A stretch of 64,000 bases of DNA from Lytechinus pictus (GCF_037042905.1 NC_087251.1:20028001-20092000), one strand, 5' to 3'; shown: positions 24,646-39,600, counted from the stretch's first letter. Notes: generated from the letters alone by a model not told the origin. Made by a program: numbers and translations.

Positions 24646-27600
24646 GTAGGTTTAAAAGTAACCTAATTTCATTTTTAGATCTTTTTCTAACTTTTTTTAG
24701 AGATGATCTCTTTCTATGACTTTTTGTCTACATTTTGTATTTTCAGAGCCTGGAATGCGTGTTGGTTCTGAATACCAAGCCATTGTTCCAGAACTTCAAC
24801 CTGGTAAGTTTACTTTTCAAAATGTATTTTTTATTTATTTTTTTAATGTTGAGTACGAAACACTTGAATTGCCATATTTTTTATTCAATCACTTTTTCAG
24901 AATTTCTTAATTTCATTTAAGTAATAAGAAATGATTAAGTTGATGGATGAAAATAAATACTTTCAAAAGAACCTGTAAATTTGTTTAAGGCATATGTACA
25001 GTAACATATGATGGGGACCCCCGGTTGGGAAGCAGCACAACGCAACCGTCCGGGGGTGCAGCACATATGATTTATCATGTCTGAGATAATTTTTATTAAA
25101 GTTCGATTTCTGTAATTGTTTTCCCTTGTTTCTGTACATTTCTCTTTTCATTGGTCAGGAATAGCATTTTCTATAATATACTGTCAACATTATTCCTACC
25201 CAACTTCCAAATTGTTCCTGTATTGTTTATTTGTATCAACATTGATAGATATGTTGTGCACCCCCTGTACTTTACTGGCGGAGCACAGTTTCATATTGCT
25301 TTTTGTGCTTGTGGGAGGCTTATCAATGATATACAGTAGGTCACTCACGAATGGTGTTTAACCGTATGCATACATGAAAAATGATGTGATAGTTTTTACA
25401 GTTGTGCATTTACAAAATTATTTCAACAGTGTGTTTAGAGCTAGGAGTCCACATTTCAATGCTTATTTATTACATGTAGGGTGTAGCTTATTGTTTTATT
25501 TTTTAGAACTAGAGGTCTATTTTATTCATTTATGGTCTAACTTAGATCTAACTTACACTACAGTTATACTTTTAATTTGTTTACTTTTTTTTATATTTGT
25601 GTCAAGTTGGGTGTAAGTATCGCTTGTTTATTTGTTCATTCATATTTGTCTGTTTTGGTTTGGGACTTTCGGTTTAAATGACGTTCATTTTATGTCAATG
25701 GGTAAATGATCAAATTTTAGATACAAGTTATGAATTTGAAATCTATAATTTAGATTTCTATTTGACCAGTGTACAGATACTCTTGATTTTATTGATACTC
25801 TTGATAAATTAAAATTGATTTTATCCACTGAAGGACACTGTTGCTTTCCTTAATCACAATAGGGTATATATAGTTTATAAACATTTAATTACCTCTTCTT
25901 GTTTTGGTTCAGGTGAGTTGGTTAGTTTGTTGTGTTTTTTTATTTTTCTCAAATGGTTGAATGTTTTGATTTGCTTCAACCCATTACTTTTTTAATTAGC
26001 CTATGTGTTTTATTACATGTAGTTTTCAGTCACATACAATCACAATATTTAAAAGTAATTCAAAATGATTTGAGACTTAAAGAGATAAACAATCATAAAT
26101 ACATACAAGGAAAATGAATAAAAAATATAAATGAAAATAAGTGCATTTATTGATGTGTGTATTTTTTGTTTTCAGTTTTTTTTTTTTCATTTATTGTGTG
26201 TTACAAGTATTGCTTGTCAGTTTAATATGTAGTTGTCTGAATGTATGTACGTGTTTTACTTGGGGACTTTTGGTTATTCCTTGTTTGGTGTTGGTGATAT
26301 GTCACTAACTTGTGATAATGCTTTAATTTTGTAATATAGGTCTAAATGGTTGAAATTAAGTGATGAAATTAAGTGTTGAAATTAAGTGATGAAGACAATA
26401 GATTTTAGAGAATACGATCAGTATAGATCTTTATATAGCGAGTAAATAAAAAAAAAACGAAAATCCACCATTTTGTGATGTCACATGACACAGACTAGCA
26501 GAGCTGTCCATCATACGTCATGTAACATGAATTACCCAGAATATCAATTTTGTCAAAGTATGGGGGTCTAGGGAACTGACCATAAGGGTAAAATGTGGGG
26601 TCTTGGGAACTAAATATGTACTTGGCGGTGTGAAAAACAGGGTTTACGGAACGGGATCGCGGTACAGTTGGTACGTGCACGCTAGCGGTACACGGTGCAT
26701 GGAGCTGCTTGCGGAGGGAGTTGTGAAGCCGTGTGTGCAGTTATCGCATACAGTGCTCGCGCTGGACAATTTTGGCATGGCAAGGGAACTGAGATGTTTC
26801 GTAACGGGGGTCTTGCGAGCGGGGCGGGGTGGCTTCTGAATGGAATTTTTGTCATTCGGAGTATCTAGAGAACTGAAAATTAGGTCTGAAAAAGGGGGTC
26901 ATCAAAGCGGCATGTCCCCGTACCACCAATATATGTGAGTGCCCCCCCCCCCAGGTTTTGTACCCCGTTTATGAGAAAAATATTTTCCCTTCATTCAACA
27001 AAAATTGGAATTTATATTACATGATAGGCCTATATGGGGGAACTAATCGCATATACATGTACATGTATATCATCAGTGATTTTATGAACTGGCACAAACC
27101 TTAATTTTCTAAATTGATTTTTTTTTTTAGCATATCTTAAGACCGGTCATTAACTGACCAAATTTCAGATCAAAATTTCAGATTTAAAGAATAGGACTTA
27201 AGGAGCATATTTAAATTTTGCACGAAATAACACATAGGCCTACCCCTCCTTTGATTTTACAAAGTGGCACTAACTATTCTTTCTGTACTGTAGCAGTTTC
27301 CAGAATGGCACGCAGAGGTCAATAACCAGACTGAACCCGACCTAGATGTTTCACTTATGCATGCACATAATAGCCTAATAAATGGTGTCTATTTCGAACA
27401 ATAAAATATGGATTTTAAGATTTAAGATTTTTTTAAATGTACTGAATTTTATGAAGTGACCTAACAAACCCTGTTTTTCATAAAATTGGTTTCTGAAATG
27501 CATACCTGCACTTCATTTCAAATATTAAAAGAATAAATTCAAATTGCGAACAAATTTTTGCATAAATTATAAAAGGGCAGAATGTATCCTCTAAATTGGT

Positions 27601-30600
27601 ATAAAATAATTGTTCTGGTTTCTTTCAAAGTGCGAAGTTATGAGCGTCAGAAAAACACTGAAACTTTGAACTCAATTATCTCAAAATTGTGTTTTGGAGA
27701 CCAGGGGCCTGTTGCAGAAAGAGTTGCGTTGAAACGCAAGTCAAAATATCAAGTGCAAGTCCTGAATACGGGTGCCTCATTGGCTGAAAATCAAGTTGCG
27801 CAAGATTTTTTTAGTTGCGTTTGATCGCAACTCTTTCTGCAACGGACCCCTGTTGTGGTTTGGGCCAGTTCATAAAATCACTGATGATATGACAATGTTG
27901 CAAATTAAAAACTTGAAAAATGCATAATCTCTTATTCTTTGATGGATTTTCAAAAACCTTTACCAAAATATTTTTTTTTCAAATTTTATGCTTTTCTTAA
28001 AACCTGGGTAATTTTCAGGATGAACTTCCCCTTTAAGAATACACGAATGATAGGCATGTAAAACCTAAAAATGACAATGTAATACAGAATGAAAACATAT
28101 ATGAAAAAAATAAGCAATTTTCCTGCCAGGTGCATTCTGTTTACCCCTCCCCTGTGCTTGAAAGTGAGAGAATAGGTGGTTTCAGACCGATAGAAGTTCG
28201 TCAGTTCCAGGTATTTTCTGATCGGGAAATTTACCCCGATCAGAAAATACCAGGTAATATTGACAATGTGAAAGCAAATTACGTGTAATCTCCCCGAAAG
28301 AAAATACCCACTAAATAGTAGGTACCGTACTTGTCAAAATTACGAGAACTTTCGCGGGTATATTTTTCAAGGTCTCAGGTATTTTGGCAATGTGAAAGCA
28401 ATTTGCGGGAACTTTTAGCCCAACGTGTAGTTGGGTGCGGGCGCCGTGGGTGGCTGCTGAGCAAGTGATTTTGAATCTCGCGCCTTGCTTGCATACTGCG
28501 CATGCTCGTAACTTCAGGAACTTATTCCGAAGGGTATGTTTCGGGGCGGTGTGAATGCAGAAATAATTAAAGGGTATTTTTTAGCCTAAAAATGTTCTCG
28601 TGATTTAACAGGGATTCTTGCGATCGAGGCGGTTTGAAACCACCTATTGAGTGTCTGAGTTAGGAGAAAGAGAGAGAAAAAAAGGGTGAAAAGGCAGTGG
28701 GGTGGAATAAGACAGAATTGGGATAAATGATCCATATCAAGGCACTGATATGAATCAAGGCTATGAATTATGTGTATGCTGGTAATATACAAAATTTTCA
28801 CATGGCATGTATTTCCTTGAGATTGTTTTTTTTTTTAATTTATACTTTGGAAACTATTAAAGAAAATTAAGAATATACCTTTTATATCTTGATTGCCACT
28901 GATTCAATTTTTTTTCAAGTTGAGAAAAGGTGCCTCAATGCCATAAGTTCAAAATCTATGATTCTATATAACTTGTTTCTGATGTATCCTTTGGCATGAA
29001 ATGTATGTTTAAAGTCTACATTAGAATGACACTAATTTGCTTTAATACAAGAATATGGCACTCTTGTCCCACATAAAGACATTCATGTCAGTAGATCTAG
29101 CATGACATCAAATGATATTGGTCTTTCAGAGTCAAGAAAGAAGGTAATATTCCTCATATATTCTTGATGATTTTCTAACTAAATAAAAATACTTTCAAAG
29201 TAATATGGAAAATAGATGGAAATTTCTTACATGTGAAATGGGAAGTCTGAGAATTTCCAGCAACTTTTGGAGAGGTCCCCCCTTCCCCCTTATGGTCAAA
29301 CGATTGTCAAAATAGGAAAACATTTATGCTTTTAATTGTCGTTTGAAGGCAGTTAAACTTTGTGACTTGGCTACTATGTAAGGAGAATCCTCGAATAATT
29401 TTCCATAATATACTAGTATTTAATTGGGAAATAAAATTTGTCCCTTACTCTGTTCATGTTAATCTTGAATAAGAATTTCTGAATATCCATAAGTTTATAG
29501 CAAAGCATACTGTATGCAGTTCATCGACCAGGCATATATCGCACAACTCTTCTTGCCCCGGGGGGTCAAATGTATTGCTGTACAATGCGTGACCAAATTA
29601 TTTCCAAACACCCCTAAACAAGTTTTTTCTCTCTGTGCAAAATAACCCCCTTAACAAGTTTTTCGCAGGCTTTATTTACACATTTTGGCCCCTAAACAAG
29701 TTGTCGCCAGAATATGACCTGGGGAAAAAACATACCCTTAACACGTTTGACCCCGCAATTGACCATTGACCCCACAATTGACCATTGACCAGTCTTTCAA
29801 AACCACCCTTTTTCTTGAAAATCTGTGTTTTTAAAAAATACCCTTAACGAGTGCGCACGTGGCCAGAATCCAAAACTGAAAAAACACCCCTTTAAATGCG
29901 TTTTTTGGGTCATGCATGTGTACAGCAATATATTTGACTGCCCCCCGGTCTTCTTGGTACTCAGCTCCTTGATATCCTAAAGTCACATTATCCCTGCCTC
30001 CCCCCCCCCCCCTCTTCATGTATGTTTGGCTTTGAGGAAAGTACCTTCCCTCATTTAAGGGTTCAAAACAAGACTATGAAAAGGCTAGCATTATGGTGAC
30101 AGGAGTCAAAGACTTGGGCAAACTTGGAAAAGAAAAGAAATTTTATAAAGAAATCAACATACCTAAAAAATTCCATAATTTTTTTATTTATTGATGTAAA
30201 GTTTCAATGTAAATGCCAATATTCAGGCCTGCAATATTGTGAAAAAGCTAAATACCTATTTCATACAGCAGAATATTGGCACGAGAGTGCTTGGTTTACA
30301 ATTGTAATTGTATCCCCCTTTTCATTGAGAAAATAACATTGTCACCTCTTGCTTAGGTCCGGCTCTCCCCTTTTCCAAAATACTGCTCTTTTCAGAATCT
30401 AGCATAGTATCTTGTGTCATTTAACTAATATCTTGGGTTTTTTTTTTCATTAACAAATTATTCATACATGTATAATGTACAAGGATTAAGTATTGTGTAA
30501 ATACATGAGGTCTGCTATTTTCAGATTTTTTTTTTGCAATAAGTTATCAGGCTGTTACTCTGCATTAAGTTTTAATTATGGATACAAATCTGGATTATGA

Positions 30601-33600
30601 GTACATTGCAAACAATGTGTCCAGCATGTGACCTTGATACTTGATGAAATGCCAAATTCACCTGAACAAAAAAGCTTGTTTGAATAAATGAATATTATAC
30701 AAAAAAACGAGCAAGTATAGGCTAACCCCAAATAGGAAGATCATTTAAATCAGATACTGCTACATGGCCTACATGTAGCCCTATGAATGCCTAGTCAAAG
30801 GGGAAGTTTACCCTGAAGAAAGTTTGTTGTCAGCAGAAAAAAATTATAAAAAATATTGGTGAAGGTTCGAGGAAAGTCCATTAAAGAATATGAAAGTTAT
30901 TAGAATTGTAAGTTTTGGATTTGTGATGTCCTAAAATAGCAGCTGCCCCATATGTTAAGTAATATAAAATGCATGAATTTCATTTTTCTAATGGTTCCTG
31001 ATGACTTATGTTTGTTTTTTGTTTTTTTCTTCATGATCGGGTGTGAAATGATTTGTCTATTGATATAAGAAAAGTACAGTAAAAACCATTTTCAATTTTC
31101 TGAGAAAATGACATTTCCTTGATTTTTTTACCATTCACTATGTAGGAATGCTGCTTGCATATATATATCGTCACAAATCACTTAATTTAAATTCTAATAA
31201 CTTTTTAATTCTTTGATGGATTTTTCTCAAACTTGTGGCAATATTAATTATTACATCAGGGTGAACTTCCCCTTTAACCCTTAATAGACCGGGCTTTTGG
31301 GTGTTAACTGACTGGGGGGGGGGGATTGAATGAACTTGAATTAACCCCCCCCCCTCCGGCGGTGGTTCTAGGGTTTGTGCATAATATCACAAAATTATGA
31401 TTGACAAGAGTTCTTGTGTCAATACTGTTGCACACCAATTCTCCCATAAATTGTGTTTTGAAAAAAAAATCAAATATTTCGTCTTTTTTGCCTTAACGAT
31501 AAATGGAAAAATTATAATTCCAGTAAAATAATTGAATTGAGTCTTCACAGAATATATCACCTGAAAGCCAAGGATCGATGGTAGTAGAGTATCATCTAAC
31601 TTTCCAATTAAAAAAAGTTGGAGTAGCCATTTGATTTTTTTTAATTGCTGATTCTCTGTAATTATTCAAATCAAACATATCTTGTCCCTCTTTTCAGCGA
31701 TATTAAAAAATAAAAAAAAGCTACTAAGCATAAGGAGTTATTTCCTGAAATTGGTTTTGATATCAAATAAAAAACCACACAGATAGTTTAATCTCTTGTG
31801 AAATCACAAAATTTATCCTGTAAAATGCACTAAAAATATCCTCATTATAACCGTTTTAGGACATACACATTCATGTAGGTTGGTAATGAACTGGAATAGT
31901 GATAGCCAAACTTTTGGGGATTTACCATATACAAAGATAGGCTTTAACCTATTGTGATCCAATGATTAGCTTTTTTTTCCTCTACATGTATAAAATGTGA
32001 AGATTATGAAAATCAAAATAATTGTCCTTAATAGAAATGGAAAAGGTAAAAGTGAGTGCTCCCTCTTTTGTGTACTGCCCGTAGTCACTGTTGTGTTTAA
32101 TAAACAACATGTATGTAAGTTACAAAGATTTAAAAGTATTTCCGTTTCCTATTTTTCGTACCTTTAATAATTCATTGATATTTTGAGTACAGTATAAATT
32201 TTAGTATTAAGCTTGTTGAAATGTAAAAGTTATAATTATCTTTTTTTTTTAATTCAATGAATAATTAGTGTTATGCTTGTTTGATTATTTTTCTCAATGG
32301 TATCATTTACATAGACATGAGTTTGGGATTGACTAGTCCTTTAACAAGCAGCTGAAAGTACCATGTACCTTATTGTTTATTCAGTTACTAATTCTATTGC
32401 CAACATGATTGTAGAACAGTTTGTATTCAATACTAAATCCTACCCAATACGATATACACGATAGGCTTTATGTACATGACTACTTCCAGGCTTTAACAAT
32501 TACTTATTTTGCTCAATACAAAACCAACATTAGGCATTGATTTTTGTAATATATCAATATAATGACAATTGGGTATTGGTTAATCATTTATAATGTAACA
32601 GACCGATACAAAATAACTACATGTAATTACCATATATTTATTTCTCTGCATTAGATGTTCCTGTTGGGCGCCGTGGAGACAGCAGACCAGAGGCTTTACT
32701 TGTATGGACTCCAAGTCAGGAAATTTCTGATCCAAAATGTAAGTGCCATAAAACAGATTTGTTCAGTTGTATACCATAAAGCTTGAACAAATAGATTGAA
32801 TTATAACATGATGAATCAAACATGCTTAGTGGCTTAAATAATCTTTCTACTGAATGAATGGCAAAAAACTGAAAAAGCTGAAATTTCATCAAAATTGATG
32901 TAAACTAAAAAGTAGCCTACTGATATCTTTAATATTGTGTTCAAACATGGTGCACATAGCTCAGCAATTTTATTTATACAGAGTCAATGGGATATGAGGC
33001 AGCAGATCTATAAGTGTTGTGAGGGAAAGGATTTTTTTGGGTCATAAAACAACAAAAATAAGCAGATTTTGGCAACCATATAAATTTACATATAAACTTA
33101 CATGTAAATTTATATGTTTGCCAAAATTTTAGGGCAAGAAATATATGTCAAGAGTTGTGCAGAGACAAACTCTTGACATCATTCAACGTGACTCATGCAA
33201 ATAGAAATCATGATATATGATACCAGTTCTTTTGATGTCATAATGCAATATTAAGCGCCCTATATAGCGCTATGATGTTTTGTCCAGGGAACTGTAGACT
33301 TTTTAAAAAGGTTGTTATGTCTGAAAAATTGTTTTGTCACATATATCTAAAAGAGATTTGATGTGTAGAGTTCGGAATTGTACAATGTACATTTACTTCT
33401 AGATAGACCGGTCAAACTTAGTGGTGAGGGTGGTTTAATGTGAGAACTGTTTGTTATTAAAAAAAACAATTGAAAAAGATTGGTATGGACACCCTTCTAT
33501 GAATTGCAAAGTTGGTAATCAAGCAAAAAACAGATTTTTTTTTCAATGGCCTGGGGTTCAAATGATACTTTGCTTTTTAAACTCATATACTATGGAAATG

Positions 33601-36600
33601 TGTATTTGACATCAGGGTAATACAACATCCATCAGGGTCCTTATTGATCAAAGAAATATAGCATGTGATTTTCACTGACAAATGTATACTCAGCATCCCA
33701 GCCAATGAGACACAAAGATTTCAATAGCTTTTAACAGTCGTTGACAATCACTTGCAAGTGGCAAATGTCTCCCAAGGTCCAGTAACCAATGGCCAATATC
33801 CAGTAGTCTGTAAGCTTGTTTCTACTGGTTATTCCACACCACCTTGTATTTATTTTAACCAAATCTCAGTGGGTGGTATTCTGTTGAACCTGGGTTAACT
33901 TAAACTTAGACCATATTTTTATGGAGTGCCAGTAGTCAACTTATTTATTAATTAAAATTATTCTTATCCTGCTGCAAAATGTTGTCCAAAAATTATTAAA
34001 AGAAAAAGTATGGAGTACCGAAGTGATGATGTCACAAAAAACTTTTTTAGCATTCCATATTTTGGTAGAGCATGATGAAAAAACCCCACAACCCAAATTT
34101 GGTGGGAATCGGTCCATGGGGGCCTTAGATATGACCTCATAAATACATGTACATTCACTTCACTGGGGCTAATTATGTATTCATGAGGTCATATCTAGGG
34201 GCCCCATTGACTGATTCCTACCAAATTTGGGTTGTGGGGGTTTTTCATCATGCTCTACCAAAATATATGTATGGTATCAAAAACGCTGATATGCAAAAAG
34301 TAAAAATTGATGATGTCACACTTTAGTACTCTGTATGAATGATAATTAACATTATAACATTATATTGGCCACGAATATGGAAAAAATATAAAGCCCAGTA
34401 TTCAATAGAAGTGTGATTTGAAATTCTAGTTTAGACTATGGTTGAATTCTAGTTTAGACGAGGGTTCAGAATACCACACTGTACATGTATGTCTCAAAAG
34501 GTGACCGATGGATCACTTCACATCTCCCCAATTTTTTGAAGCCCATTACTTTATAGAAACACACTCAATGGCAGGTGATATTCAGTTAGTTTTCTATAAA
34601 CAAACTTCTTTCCTTCCCTCATGTGCAGTGGATGAGTACATCAGCGTGGCCAAGGAGAAGTTTGGTTACAACACCGAGCAGGCTTTGGGCATGCTCTTCT
34701 GGCACAAGCACAGTGTTGAGAAGTCTCTAGCTGACCTTCCAAACTTTACACCGTTCCCTGATGAGTGGACCGTGGAAGACAGAGTTCTCTTTGAACAAGC
34801 ATTCAGCTTCCATGGAAAGAGTTTCCACCGCATCAGGCAAATGGTGAATATCTGTGACGTAGCTTAAAAAGTCAAATTTCAATTTTATCGAAGAAAAATA
34901 GAATTGACATTAATCATTAGAAAGAATATGTTTCCATGCTTTCAATCTTTATCATTGCCTTAAAGAATATTGTTTATGATAATGCAAAGATAATATTAGA
35001 GCATTAATCACTTTTGAGTCATAGGTAGTCATACACAGTGGAGTATTGAAAATTTGTTCTCTTTTCCATGTACCTTTATTTCCAGAAGTGGAACTGTTGG
35101 AATTAACTAGTAGAAATAGATGGAGACAAAATTGCTCTAAAATTAAGCATACGGGCATTTTCACGGTAACTGACATTACACGGCACAATGTTTTCACACC
35201 TTTCATTGTGTGTATCTCTAAAACAACAAATGATGGGAGTTTGCTTTTGATAGAGTTAATAAAGTGAACCTTGCTGTATAACCTGATACTAAGTTTTCCT
35301 ATGTAACCACATTTTTTTACGCATCAGCAAGCAAAAATGTGTCGGTAACTGACATTACGCAAAAGGACATGCAATTTTAGGGTGTTCATTAAAATTGAAA
35401 TATCTCATGTCCCTGAGTAGATAGAGTAATAATTTGAATATGTTGATATACCTCTGTTACTAGGTTAAGATGTGTCAAAATATTAAACAATTCGTTTTTG
35501 TCTTTTGGGAGCTATGATAATTTTTCCACAACCATGCTGGTAACTGACATTACGGTAACTGACATTACACTTAATTTGCCATAGAGATAACACATGGAAG
35601 TCAAATGTGTGGAATCATTGCATTGTATCTTCTGTGCAGAGCTTCACATGAAAGTGAGCTTGATGTGGAAGTATACCCGAGTTTCTAGGAACATTTCAAT
35701 GAAAAAACTTTTTCTTTTTCTTAATTCCTTTCTTTGATTTGAACATTTTTATCATTACTTGTCGGTAACTGACAATACACATTAACATTTACCAGTGCTA
35801 TATGATTTTCAAAGGCATAATTTTCTTGGTACTTATATGTAAGGCTTTTTAAAATCATAAAAGTTTCATAATACTTCACATTTTTAATTATCAAAAGATA
35901 AGAAATGTATGTTTTACTTACTCTGGGGGGGGGGGGGTCATAGCAGCTACATGTTTTCCTATAGTAATTTAATATTGCATTGACTGTACACATGGATTTT
36001 TCTGACTATACACCCATAATATATTCATCAGTTTTATATTGACTTTTTAAACCTTTTCCTTCTCCAACCTCCCCCTCCCCTCAAAAAAGGCAAAATGAAT
36101 AAGGGTCTCCTCCCCTAGGCTACACGTAACCCTCCCCTGAATCTCATGCGGCCATGTAGTTTTATTGATTTCTATTCTGGTCAGTGCAAACAATGCTTGT
36201 TCATATCTGTCAGATTTCAATTCTCTTCATAATTTGTTTAATCATTTTCTTTGCTAATTTCTTTTTTAAGCTGTCAACAAAAAATAAACTCCAGCTTCTA
36301 AACTGAAACTGAAACCTATTTGTGAATTAGAAAAAAAACCCACAGTTTTAGTAGATCCATGCAACAATGATCAGAACTGTCAAATTTCACTTTTCATCTA
36401 TACTTGTAAACCAAAAACAAAATTGTATCACACATCCACACTACTAACAGGTATAAAAACCAGGAATTTACTTTTAGCGAGGCAATGCTCAAAAGAATCC
36501 TATAAACTAAAAAAGGGACCATGGAAATCCCCTTCATCACAATGTTAAGCTTAAAAAATGTTGCAGATTTAGGCAATAGGTTGGGAAAAGTACCCCCTAC

Positions 36601-39600
36601 CCCCCCCCGAAAACCAAACAAAAAATTGTCTGATACAATTAGGTACTTGGTAACTGCATGTACAAAACAATTTCATAGTAATTTTTTTTTGCACGATGGG
36701 AATGCAACTTCCTTCATAATTTCATATTGTATTCTTTGTGAACTATACCTTTTAAAAGTCAATAGCAAGCTCCTTCTGGTGTGACTTTTAAAGTGAAAGA
36801 CTTAAATAACAAGTATACAATATTTCTTCACCATAAAATTGACCACATATTTGCATTTCAATATTGGTAACCAATGTTTTATCATGGTAACTGACATTAC
36901 ATCTCGGTAACTGACATTACATTTTCCACTTGGTAACTGACATTACATATATTTAATGGTACCCTATGGCTTCATTGTTAATTGGTAATCTTTAATTTTG
37001 GTGTAGAAGGGAGGGGTGTTACCTAGAGAGGAAATCTACCAAGTTTCATTTAATATATCCTCTTTTCCAGGAAATTAGAAAAAAAGTTCATGTTTTCGGT
37101 AACTGACATTACATACCTTATCACTTACTTCATCAATATTTTTTTATCAGATGAATGAATTACTGGTGTTCCTTTCTGTGGGATTTTAAAAAGTGTTATA
37201 ATAGCAAGCTAAATCACAGGCAAAAACATCATGATCAAACCTGTTCTTTAAAAATCTGTCAAAACAAAATATGTATCAATATACTATTTTCAACACTAAT
37301 TTGTATCCATACTTTGGCAGCCATTTTGAAATAAAAATTGGCTGCCAGGGTCGGAAATGTTTTTGTCTCGGAAACTTCAGGTCTTGTTTTATTAAAAAAC
37401 ATAAAGCTTTTGACATGAATATCAACTTGATTTTTTTGCCTCTGTGTCCATCTGTGGTGAAAATGCCCATACAGTAAACATTCAATGATCTCAATAGGAG
37501 GAGCTCATTCTTGTTTTCAAATTTGTGATATTCAATTGATATTTTATTTGCAAAGAGTCTTTCTTTTTTCTGTTTACGTACAAAAATGCTTATTCACAAA
37601 TCAAATGTAATACATTGTCACAGATAAAAATGGCAACATTCAAATTTATTTTGTCTTTTCCCATTGTTGATTAAATTTGATAATGATACCTTTCTCCTCC
37701 TTCAGTTGCCTGACAAGTCCATTAGCAGCCTGGTGAGATATTATTACCAATGGAAGAAGACACGAACACGTACCAGTCTCATGGACAAAAAGATCGTCAA
37801 ATCATCAGCTCCTACTACTCAGAAAGAAGGAAGGTAAGTTTAATACCTGTAAACCCGGGGGGTGGGGCACTCAAATTATTTTTTGATGGGGGTGTGCCTC
37901 ACGAAACTCTGAAATGGGGGTCTAAGGAACTGACTAAAAGGGTAAAGTGTGGGGTCTTGGGAACTAAATATATACCGCGGTGTGTGAAAAACAGGGTCTA
38001 CGGAACGGGATCGCGGCACTGTAGGTATAGTGCTGTGCATGTGCTAGCCATGCATGGCGCAGCTACTAGTTATATGTAGGGAGTTCCCAAGCCGTACGTG
38101 CATCCTCTCACATGCGGTGCTTGCGCTTGACAATTTTGGCAGGGCTGGGAAACTGAGATGTCTCGTAACCGGGGGTCTTGCGAGCAGGGCTGAGCGGCTT
38201 CTGATTCGGAGGATCTAGAGAACTGAAAATTAGGTCTGAAAAAGGGGGTCATCAAAGCGGCACGTCCCCGTACCACCAATATATGTGAGTGCCCCCCCCC
38301 CCCTATTGTAAAGATGTCACATATTACAGTCATTCAGATTTTTGGAACCAATGGGGAAATAATTCAGGGTGTCCTTGATTCTTTGATTTCATATTACAGA
38401 GTACTTTCAAAATCTTGGCTCTGTAACAAGAATCATTTAATCAATTGCAAAACTTGCAAATTTACAGTTTACTGTGCAATTAACTTCAACCTACCCACCC
38501 TTCATGAAGTTTTCAAATCTACATAATTGTCAGCATAGGAAATACATAAGGTCGATGGGGGATTTCGCCCTCATTACAGCCCAAATTGCCCCTAAAATTT
38601 CCCCAAATGCATGCTTTTGGGGTGGCCAGTCTTTCTAGAGTTGCCCCAAGATCTGTTCCAAACAATATTCAATATTGTTTAGAAAATCAATATTCTATCT
38701 GTGGCAGAAGAATAATATTTGCTTTTACAGCACAATTACTTTTTACTCTGAAGCGTAGCCCTTCTAATGAAAGAAGTAGACCCCAAAATTCTGAGAAAGA
38801 AAAATATAAATATACAAATGATGCATGGGTTAGAGTGGGTCAGTAGGAACTGTGTGCACAAGGTAACTTTGGCATGGTTTAACCCACGAGGCGCAGCCGA
38901 GTGGGTTTAGACCATAATGCCAAAGTTACCGCGTGCACACAGTTCCACTGACCCACGAAAGAAACCCATGCATCATCTGTTTTATAGAATGGAAAAAAAT
39001 TATTGAATAAACCACAAAAATTAATGATTTACCGGATGCATGATAATTTCATGCGTCCGGTAAATTCAATTTACTGGACGCATGAAAATATTTACTGGAC
39101 GCATGATTTTTTTTACTGGACGCATGATTTTTTTTACTGGACGCATGATTTATTACCGGATGCATGAAAATACCAAAATGTAATGCAGACCCTTTGATAA
39201 CCCTGGACAACATAAATATTTATGCCTAAATTGATAATATGTTGGCACAAAGGCATTATTATACCCAAAATGCCAGATACAGCTTTGCATTGACTAGTCT
39301 AGATAGTACCGGTATGAGGCAGCCTCAGACCTCCAATAGCTGTGTGTGTATGCCCGGGCCGCGCCGGGGGCCAGTGCCTACGGCTGCCTGGGCCTGCAGT
39401 GGAGATTTGGCTGTGCACAGCCAGCCCAGCTGAAACGTTAGATCGTATGTCTGGACTTCTCAACTAACGAGTTTGCAGGCAGTTTTAATCCCTATGACAA
39501 TTACGGTACCGTATTTATACTTACAGATCATTTTGCATCCTTTATTTGATTCATTCTGCCTTGATCGAAAATTCAAAATTTTGACGTAAACAAGCGTAAC

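Noticed and set aside
35165..37112. Repeat-spacer pattern as a CRISPR array
   Set aside because: The repeat is only 15 bp, spacing is irregular (0 to over 1000 bp), there are no cas genes, and it lies in an animal intron inside a TIR element
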